DNA of 61,311 bases, the filler included, from Sluysia triapertura (taxonomy: Eukaryota), in assembly GCA_046118255.1 (NCBI GenBank). It is 4 parts of 4 records of this genome, joined end to end, with 100 filler letters (N's around TTAATTAATTAA, not from the genome) between each part and the next. Parts side by side here need not be neighbours in the genome. Positions count along the whole stretch, not along the records: positions 46,301 to 61,311 come from JBJNIA010241770.1; 3 more parts are not named here. One strand, 5' to 3'. Position 1 is the first letter of the stretch. Each line of letters starts with the position of its first letter. A program made the position numbers and the translations under genes. The notes below the pieces were generated by a model. That model had not been told where the DNA came from. It saw nothing but the letters and a program-made list of their open reading frames with translations, and did not search any database. Positions 50,961 to 61,311 of this stretch are shown piece after piece.

Positions 50961-52029
50961 TAAAACAGCAAGCATTCCTGAAAATATAAAATAAATTAAT
51001 AATAATTAATCAAAGTTTTTATTGATTTTTTTTAAAAATAAAAATTATAATAGTGGATTGCTATATTGGATGTCAGTCATTTGTTGTGCTAATGCCACCT
51101 CAAGCATTCGTTATAAGTACTAATAATTGTATTTCATGAACAGTCACTCGACTCATTTATCCTATGATTTACCTACTAATTTGCTCATTATCAATTTCAT
51201 GTTTTACTTCGCTTGTCGTTGAATATTTCTACAATGAAATTACATCTAAATACAATGTCAATAATTTAAAGTTAGCTTTGCAGTATTATCGACCAATGGG
51301 AGATGTGTAGCAGGCAATAACTTTGATTTAACTGTAAAATTTATATTTTATTTTTCAATTATAGTTTCGTACTTTTCCACTCCATTTATCAAGAGTACGA
51401 ACGTAATAATCTAATATTGACATTTAACAGTACTTCATTATGTTGTTTTATTATTTATTTTATTATATATGCTATCGAAAATAATTAGTGTTTCAATTTA
51501 TGAATACAAATTTTTGCCATACCTTCAAGTAAATTTTCTTTTGTTTTATATGGCCAGTCTTATTTTTAATTTACTAATAAGTATTTTTCTCATATCATAC
51601 GGTTCTATATTATTTGCTGTATGTTTATTATGGCTAGAAACATTTTTATCTAAGAAACAAAAAATAGAATATTATTTTTGTAAATTGAAATTTACTGAAA
51701 ACATTGCTTTTTTTATCGAAATGAATACTTGAACGTTTTCTTAATATTTACAAAGGTAGATATTTAGGTTTACTAGGTATTCTACAAATATTTGTAAAGC
51801 ACTTAATATTACAAAATATGAAGTTAAACTTTTAATAACATCAGCAAAGATAAGTTGAAGTCAATTAATACATTGAATAAAGAGACTCTATTAGCTGCAG
51901 CACATTCAAATCCAATTACTACTGATGATCATGTAGATAAAATTGGAAACCATGGTAACTTATCAAGTTATTTATTAGTGTTATTTATATTTTTACAATT
52001 CTTATTCTCAAAATAAAGTTCAACCTTGT

Positions 52030-52540
52030 TTATTTGTTTAATTTATTGTTTACAAAAGGCCTTAAGCCTACTTTATTAATTGTAAAGTTGAATATTTTGT
52101 TAATTGACTTTAAAAAAAATTAAAATTCTAAAAATGTTTAAAGTTCTTAGAAAAATTTAACATTCATAATCATTTTTTAGCTATTAAAAACCAAAAATGG
52201 AAAAGCCCTTTCCACAATATTAAAATTTAATAATAACATTTTTAAATAATTTTAAAACTATAGCTTTAAATAATAACATAATAAATAAATATTAAAACTT
52301 ATAATATAAAATTTATATAAATATAAAATAATGATATATTTCTAAATACGTGAAATATTATTATGAAATGTTATTAAGTGAAAAATCCTTACAATGATTC
52401 CTTTTGTTTCTCAACAAATATAATTTTAGTCGATGTTCACTACTTCTAAATTCTATTCGTCTTATATAGAAATTCTGTGAGCCTAAATAAATATCAGCCT
52501 AATTTATCGGGTCAACTTAAGCTCTAGCTAGTTTGCAAAT
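52030..52540 (+). repeat. Family D dispersed repeat, copy 2
   Basis: Same three anchors in the same order. A related motif occurs in reverse orientation at 48431-48448. Confidence 0.65.
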
Positions 52541-52825
52541 ATTAACAAGTCAATAAACTTGTTCTTATATTATGTGAGTAATTTTGTTAAAATTTCCTTT
52601 AATTCAAGGTATCTAATTGTCTTTTGAACTCAAGTAGTATGTTTTAATCGATTATATCTACAAACCTTTTATGAACCCTTATATATAAGGTCTAGAGAAT
52701 TTATACTTACAAATAATATGTGACACTTAATTATCTTTTCCTCTAAGCTTAGTTGTTACTTCGTTTTCCAATCTTTCGTTAATTACTAAATTCAAATGTG
52801 GTCTTGATTACAACCTTAATTGTTC

Positions 52826-53700
52826 TGTAGTTAACTTGAATAATAGATTCTCTTTAGTTGTATAATTATATTTCTTTATTACTTATAACTATTTCTTCTA
52901 TTTCACTCTAATTAATTCAAACTAATTAAAGAACTTTAATATTTATTATCAACAAGTATAAATAAAAACTGCCAATTACAAATATTTATCCAAAAGATAT
53001 TCAAAATATGACAAATATAATAATAAAATATTTAAATAAGTTATTATTATTAAAATTATTTCCAAAGTCTCTTTAAATTTTAAAATAAGATTATGTTTAG
53101 CCGAAAACTAAACGTTAAATTATAAATTTTAAGTAATAGAAAGGAGAAACTTAATAAATAATTAACTTACGGATACTCGAAAATAATATCAAAATGATCG
53201 ATTTCAAATTGTGTAAATCAGTATATTGTTTCAGCCGGAACATAAATAATAACACCAAAATCAAATTATCTTTGTTGGAATCACAATTAAGAAACCAAAC
53301 AAAATTGATTTCTTTACTTCACAGGAACTAAAGGATCAAATCGCGTAAGTCAATTTATTTTCTTCGAAGGAAGAAAATGATATATCAACAATTCACTGTC
53401 TTCCAAGCAATTTTTTAATCAGCTAAAAAATTAATTCGAATGCCGGTCGAATTAATACCAACTAATATTACTATATGACTACTGTCGGTCGATATAAATC
53501 CTTGTAAGTTTATATACTATTCTCGAGTCATCGTAAGTATTTATCTGTAGTTAACTTGAATAAAAGATTCTCTTTAGTTGTATAATTATATTTCTTTATT
53601 ACTTATAACTATTTCTAATTCACTTTAATTATACACTAAAACCAATTAAAGAACTTTAATATTTATTATCAACAAGTATAAATAAAAACTGCTAATTACA
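52826..53700 (+). mobile_element. Pair of 155-bp LTR-like direct repeats (52826-52980, 53546-53700)
   Basis: Both copies run TGTAGTT...AATTACA, are highly similar and lie 720 bp apart. A PBS-like TGGCGAC follows copy 2 at ~53712. No TSD was seen. Confidence 0.75.
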
Positions 53701-54039
53701 AAGTTTTAAATTGGCGACTGTAAATGTTTAAGATGGTGACTGAAAAATTGCGTTTATTTATGATTAACTGTAGTTATTTATATAAACAAACAACCAATCA
53801 TAGGCAAGTGGAATTCTATAATTCTCTAGAATATTCTACAAACTTTTCTATTTTTAGTAAGGAATTTTCTTTTTAAGAAAATAAATTAACTTAATGTTCT
53901 AAGTTGTCTTTTATAGTTGTTTTTGCAGTATTAAATGGTTGTGATGAGAACCTAGCATACCAAAATTGTAGATAAGAGTGAAAATTCAATTCATGTAAAT
54001 AACATGCGTGTTAGAGAAAATGATTTTGGAGTAGTCCAT

Positions 54040-54330
54040 CATTATATTATGATTTCTGGGATTCGTGCGATACCAAAGAACAGAATGAAGGATATTGTTT
54101 TGCAACTAACGAAGGATCACAAACAGATTATTATAAAGAATGCCAAGAAGATATTCGGAAGAAAAATTGGGTAAATTAAACTAGAAAAAATTCGTTGGTT
54201 GTAAAGATAATATTAAAATACCAAGTTATTGTGTCATCTTTGAATACTAACCCAAGCAATGCAACAAAGTTACCGATCACAATTTCTTCTATATGATCAT
54301 CTATGAACAATTTAGGTATGGACAATTTTA
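54040..54330 (+). mobile_element. Possible Gypsy integrase zinc-domain remnant
   Basis: IRAIPKNRMKDIVLQLTKDHKQII resembles R..IP..LR..IL..LH..H.GI. It lies downstream of the LTR-like repeat and PBS-like motif. Confidence 0.35.
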
Positions 54331-57300
54331 ACATAACATTTATAGTATATATAAATATATAGTATTTTAATATTGAATAGTCGCGCCAGTAATAAGTTAA
54401 AATTTAATTTTAATTATAATAGAATTTCAAGCCTAATTAAATTAATATCTTTAAATTAAATGGAAAACGAAAGAATATATACCTTCGTGGATCAATGAGC
54501 TAAAATTTTTACTATAATCAAGATTATTAATTTTGAGTTTATACTATTTTAATAGTATAAATCTCAGATTTATGATAAATTTGTTTTTCAGGTAAATACT
54601 CTGACAATCTTAGGTAATTGTTGATCAGTCTATGCTTCTGTGCGTGTGAATAGGCATTTATTTAGTGTTTTGAGAAAATAAAATTTTTACATTGAATAAA
54701 AATATTATTTATCATTATTTAAATATTATAATCTATTATTTACTATTTCTGTAAGTAATTAATTGTTTTAAAATTTATTTTTATTAAAATTTATGGTTTC
54801 ATCATTCATAAAGATCGATGCTTAACATTGTTAAAATATTTTCAATATTATTCGGCTGATGACTTAAAATCGTAATTGTTTTTCTAATAGAAGTAATTAA
54901 TTAAAACACCAGAATCACTAAATTATTGACTAATTTTTAAAGAAAGTCCGTGAGTAACATATGATATATGTCAACAAGATTTAGTCAAAAGCCATTTATC
55001 CCACATATCATCGTGACTTTTAGTATAATGATAAACAAACTTCTAATGAACGCTGCTGGCAGAATCTGTAATTATTATTTATCCTGTCTTGAAATTTTTT
55101 AATGACTTAATAAGGGATACTGAAAAAGATTGTTCAACAAGTATATCTTTGTTTTGGGCTAGATATTTCATTTTGTATCTCAAGCAATACTATTTTTACA
55201 TAAATATTACTTATGTAAATACTTCCAATTTAAAGTCAGTGCATGGCTTAATATGTTCAGTACTTGGTACTTGTGTTAATGGTAATGTAACAAGTGGATT
55301 TCTACAACTCCTGCCTTTATAGCGTAGTTAATATTAATTTTATACGATTATGTATTAGGTTTACTCAACTGTAGAATAAAAAATGAGTAAGGAAAACGTA
55401 AAATTGAAAAATACAGGAAGAATTAATATAAAAGTGATGGGCAAAACATAATAAAACAAAATTGGAATGAGATTGATAAAAGCGAAGTCCAATAAAAGTG
55501 ATCGTTTTGAGAATTGGACTTCCAATGACCTTTGTAAGGTTTGAGATCCTTGAGGAGCCTAGAGATAGGTTATGAACCTTATGAACCTTGAAACCACTTA
55601 AGACTTCAACCTTTAAGAATCTTTGAGACCTTATATTTGAGAGGTAAAAATATTATTATTAATATTAAAAATAAACTTGACATATTAATAATTAACATAA
55701 AGAAATAGAAAAATGAATCAAGTGATGAAGGTGAAAACATCTAGATCCTTATAAATTACCAAACAACATTATGCATAAAATGAGATTAAGTCTAAAAATA
55801 GATATATTAACTTCATTAAAGTTTGAATGCAAAATGTTGTGTTCGTTTAAAAAAATCTTGCGATGAAGATATGGTTTGATTGAGTCATGCAAACAAGCCT
55901 TAATATTGAGCTTCAGTAAACTTTTAATTAATTCTCGATTTTGGAATGTTGAATTTTTCATATTAAAATGATGAAAAGATAATGAATTGAATATGAGATT
56001 GCTGTTTTGAAAGAGAATTTAGAAATGAATTTGAAGTGTTTATAGAATGATCTGTTTGTGAATAAGAACTGTTTTTAGTAAAAATACCGGGCGTTGAAAA
56101 CTGAAAATAAATTCAATTTAAGAACTAAAATTAAATTCATTATTTTTATGTTTGCTGACGATATTAATGTGAGAATAAGTTGAGTAAAAGTAGATCAATT
56201 AGAGTAGAAAAAATAATTATTAATTAAATTTTTATGTTTTGACAGTACGTATCATGTAACTATCAATGTTTGATTGCAAAATTCAGGAATTATTTAACTG
56301 ATTACGCAGTTCGTCCTAAGCAATCATAGATAATTGAAGTGATAATATCTGATACCAAAATATTAATTTGTAGATCCATGTTATATGGGTAATTTTATTT
56401 TTTTATTATTAAAATCAAATTATCAAGTATTTTTGGGAGATCCTCATTCATTATTTTTGTTATTTAGAAATTTTTAATAAACATTTGGTGGTAATAACCT
56501 TTAAGATATTATTTTTAATAATTTGAAAATTTCCTTTTAATTTTTATTTTAACATTATCAAGTAAATTATTAATTTAAATATTTTTAGAGAATTTCTCCT
56601 TAATTTTGTAGTGCTAATTTTTTGGAAAATTTCCATTCGTTTAGCATTGATAATTTAAGTTTTTCTTTTTAAGAATTCTAACATCTTTATTGTTTATATT
56701 TATTTATTTATTGAATTCAAATCTATTAGTAGGTATTATATTTAAGAGAAATCCTCTTTCTTTTAATTTTAGTTGCGTCACCTTTGATTATTAATGCGAT
56801 TTGTTCTGTTCATTAAATTGTCATTGTACGTTTATTTGATATGTAATCCATTATTGTTTGTCGTAATATTTGTTGATAATTAATTTTTGTTTGTGATTCA
56901 TTGATAATTATTGCGACGAAATATATTTGTTATATTATTGTGATAAGTGGTATTTATTGTAATATCTGATAAATAATAAAACTTATAATCACGGGTTAAT
57001 CATATAATAAAAAATTCGACAATGAATGGAAAATAATAGATATTCAAATGATGTTTGTGACTTTAATATTATCTCATTAAATTGAGCAAAACAATTAAAT
57101 AAATGCTTTTGAATGTATTTTAAAATTTATTCTTCAAGAATAAACCAATCTTAAAAATATTAAACTTACTAATTGAAATTTTATATAAATGTGAATCCTA
57201 TTAATTGTTTAATAATTCTTAAAATGACCGATTACAAAATAACCTACAAGTTAACTATATAATTATACAAGCTAATCGTTTTTTAAAAAATTTTAAGCAA

Positions 57301-57520
57301 ACTAAGATTGTGAATTACGTGAGCAAAAAATCATTATTTATACTGATTCTTAGCCAGTTAAATTTGAGTGCATAAAAGTATTTAGCTAATTTATAACAAA
57401 ACAAAAAAATAATTATTACTTATATTTTATATTATAAATAATATATTATATTATATAACTTCATATTTTATTACTTCATATTTTATTTTGAAAATATTTA
57501 ATTTCTTAAAATTGAAATTA

Positions 57521-57988
57521 CAGGTTTGTGGAAGTATATGTATACATCGAAATAATTTTTTAATATATAAAAGTTGACAATAATATTAGAAATATGAGAG
57601 AATATATTTAATACTAAATAAAATTTTCTCTTCTTGCTCTCTCTAGTCGTGTTCTCATTTCTATAGAATCCTTCATTGTATTGAATAATTATTATTTCAT
57701 AAAATAATAATCATAAATCAAAAGAAGTTTTAACTCACTCGAATTGAATCCGATTGAAGAATTTTTTTCATTGATTAAATCAAAATATAATTCCACAATG
57801 ATCGTCGATCAGGATCTTACAATTCAATAGAGTGAAGGATTCTACAAAAATACGAGAACATGGTCAGAGAAAGCAAGAAGAGAAATTTTTATTTAATATT
57901 AAATATATTCTTTCATATTTCTAATACTATTGTCAACTTTTATATATTAAAAATTATTTCAATGAGTATATAGACTTTCACAACCCTA
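57521..57988. mobile_element. Tc1/IS630-type foldback element with ~166-bp imperfect TIRs and TA flanks
   Basis: Arms 57521-57686 and 57822-57988 are reverse complements with scattered mismatches, with TA on both sides. The spacer encodes NSLELNPIEEFFSLIK (YSPELNPIE-like). Confidence 0.9.
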
Positions 57989-60900
57989 TAATGTTGCTGG
58001 TTATTTTTTTGAAAATTATATTTTTTAATTAACAATGGGTTCGCCTATAGTATAAGTTTTACAAACAGAAGTTAAGCTTACCTATAGGACTTACCGTTAT
58101 TAGTGAAATATTTTGTAATTAAGTGCAACGTCTGTTTCTTAAATTATTATTATTCTATTATGCATGAGCGAAATCAATTATATTAGAATATAAAGTCTCT
58201 AATGATTTTATTTAATATCAAATAAATGCGTCTTAAACTTGGAATAAAACAATTATAAAAAAATATTACGAATATTGAATGTAGTGTTTTGGCTATTCGT
58301 TGTCGTCAAATATTTTAAAACGAATTTTGAAAGTACTAAAATTAACTTACAGATTTTATGTAAATTTTTCTCTTATTAAATATGAATCTCTTTGTGTTAG
58401 TTCGTAGCATTCTTGAATACTTATATGAGTTTTTATATAATTATAACACCTGGTAGAATTATTCTGCAAAATATTTATTTACTTTTAGAATTAAACTTGA
58501 TTTTTGTGCGCTGCTGTTGTGGCTATTCTTATTTTTTTCGAGTTTATCGTGAAAAGCAATCTAACTTCTAACTTAATCACTTTAATTTTATTGGTTGGTA
58601 AATATAATATTGTAATTAGTTTAATAATATCATGTTTTTTGTTTCCGACACTAGTAACTATAGTATCTGCATCAGTATAATAATTTTAATATAACTCTTA
58701 ATATTGTTCTTACGTCAAACAATTGAATAGTTCAAAATGATAAAAATCAAATAATAAATAATTACATTAACTGTAGCAATTAATGTCAAATTGTCTTTAC
58801 AATATTATTACTTATGAAAATAAATAAGTAATTTATTGCATTTATTGGAAACTTAAAAATTTATTATTTTACTAATATTATTACAAAAATTATTAATGTC
58901 AGGGGTATATGGTGTTTATATTTTATAGAACAATAATGAAAATCGACAAAATTTATCAAATACGTTAATATTGTTTGCACATTTATGCGAATGTGTAACC
59001 TTACAAAATCCGATTATTTTAACTAACAATTGTAATTTGTAATTAAGAAGTGCACTTAGAAGTCACTACAATCATAATTATTTTTCGGCAGTTGCAGTTG
59101 ATTATTTCTGACTCTGAAAATGTGTCCTACACTAAAGTATTGTAACGTATTTTTCTTTAAAATTAGTTTAACGTGCAAATAAATGGCACGGGGTTCGCTT
59201 ACGTTCCACGATTTAAGCTTAACGCGACGTGTACGTAAATTTTCTTATATGTACATATTGCTTCTTATGGTACTTAAATTACCTCTTTTGATAACTATTA
59301 TTGATTCAACCTAATCCCTCAGGAACTTAGTTTACTTTTTAAAATCTTACAAAAATAGTACTATCGTAACTTTAAAAGATTCTTAGATAATCAGTTAGTC
59401 CATAAATTGCTAATTATTTGCTAGAGCGTCTTAATAAATTTGTATGTAATTCTTATTTTACTAATAATTTTTTCAAATTATCCATAACTTATCTCTTTAT
59501 TATCTTGATTTATTAAATTCTCACTAATTAAACTTAAAGGTTAAATTTGGTTTATTAATCTTTTTTAAGCAAAATTAATTTTTATTTGACTTTATTTACT
59601 TTATTAATTTTTTTAAATAATAAAATTAAATTTAACACACCTAAAGTTTACAAATTATACAAAAAGTAACACTGCTAAATACAAATGCAATCGATTATAA
59701 ATGTAAAAGTTCAATTCTACAAAGAGTTTCACAAACTATAATTCAATTATAAAAATGATAATATTGTTTCTAAAATTACTTTTAGAATTTATCATAAAAA
59801 TGTTGAAAATATTTTTGTTGTATCTGTGTTAACCTAGATTATATTATGATTTTGAGTCATAATTATATTATTATGATTATATTATTACGATAAGTTTAAT
59901 AGAAAATAAACTTAAACACTTAACTTGCTATCAGCAATGAAACAAGAAAATAAAATTCTGCTGCTCTATGACTAGCTCTCAGAAAATATCAATATGATTA
60001 TTCACAAAATCTTCAATAGGTTGATGTCTTCTGGTTGTCGAGGTAATAATAATAATAATGATAATATTTAAAAGTAACAACAATGATAGATTCTCCTAAT
60101 AGCTGATACTAATCGCCGTTAATATTAACCAAATCTCACATAATGGTAAATATTGTGCGAGTTTTTTCATGGGTCTGTCCTTTTTATATGATCTATTTTC
60201 AACATTTAATTTACATATTTGAATTAATATTTCTTGATAGTAGCAGTAAGTGTTCATTCAATTTTAAATAATGAAATAGAGATAATGGAATATAGCAGCA
60301 GCTTTGGTATATTATCTAATAAATCATTTAATTTATTTTAGAATCATTCTGATATTATTATTTTCTTTTTATTTCAAGTATTTCAGATTCTACCTCTACT
60401 TGCTGTCATGACAGTATGTCTTTTACATAGATGACTTGAACACATCGATACAAATGCAAGGAATCGCTTCCTCCTAATCTAGATTTTTGAGTTCTTTAAA
60501 TTTCCTTTGCCTTCTTTCAAGTTGCCGTTAAACTTACAAAATTATTGCCATGTAATTATTTAAATGAGTTTAATACAACATAGTTTTAGTAATATCATCT
60601 ATCTTTGATACATGTTAACCTTCAAACTTTTTCGATTTTCTTTTACATCATCTTTATCATCGTCCCATTTAAATCACATCTTGAACATTTCTCATCCATT
60701 GTCATCTTTAAAAGTAATCTTTTCTAATTCATTCATTGTTTTTCATTAACTTCGGTTGACTTTCAGAATCTGAATTAAATTCCTTTCGATCATATAATTT
60801 ACTATGTGATTCTCTTATAGGATTCTTTTCTTGATTTTCCACCTTATAAATCTGGTTTCCTCAAAAAGTTTTTAATTTTATTTACATCTTTTACTATCTA

Positions 60901-61311
60901 ATTTGCTATAGGAAATATCTCAATCTTTTGCAATAATCACTTCGATATTTATGATCATTTAGAGTTTTATCATTCATCATTCTTTTGCTCAACTTATGAT
61001 TTACTACGAGCAAGGTAATATTTATGTATTTCATCTATAATTTAATAAAAAAATTACGTTTTTAAAAACAAAATTCGTATTTTTTATATTTATAAAATTA
61101 ATGCAATGCAGATTTTTTCTGCAATATATATTTATTTATTTATAGATTTATTTAAATGTATTATAAATTTATTACTGATATTGCAATAAGTGCACGATTT
61201 AATTTCTTTAAAAAGAAATGATTTATTAAGCAATATATGGGCGAGTGAGGGCTTCATTATTATTTTTATTTTATAATTTTTTAGCTTTACGAAAATAAGT
61301 TTAATTAAACA

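Noticed and set aside
54950-55322. Integrase-like HYTKSHDDMWDKWL on the minus strand and the plus-strand 77-aa ORF
   Set aside because: No additional motifs support either reading.
60380-60960. Purine-rich minus-strand gag-like stretch
   Set aside because: Many stops and no intact zinc knuckle.

Overview
Very AT-rich (roughly 20-25% GC by eye) eukaryotic, apparently animal, nuclear scaffold made of four contigs joined by artificial 100-bp spacers (N44-TTAATTAATTAA-N44). One complete spliced gene is supportable: MRPS35 (8 exons, 320 aa, five introns of 33-43 nt). The last two exons of an ERK-type MAP kinase are also intact. The rest is mostly decayed material. It includes broken host-gene copies (MEF2, NF-YA, CPT2, KCNQ, an ankyrin fragment) and transposon remnants (Buster/Charlie-type hAT, piggyBac transposase and MITE, a Tc1/IS630 foldback, a pogo end, a CsRn1-like Gypsy with an intact -1 slippery site, an LTR-like pair). 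There are also tRNA-like heads, (AAT)n microsatellites and several unclassified dispersed repeat families. The most interesting signal is a repeated module in 3-4 copies: C/A-skewed body, then an (AAT/ATT)n tract, then an 18-19 bp stem with a 28-29 nt loop, then CCAAT boxes. Hairpin geometry is conserved while stem sequence is not. Truncated host-gene fragments repeatedly start right behind such repeat bodies, which suggests (inference only) element-mediated gene capture. Tiny introns and low GC would fit a compact parasitic invertebrate such as an orthonectid, but this is not demonstrable from the window.
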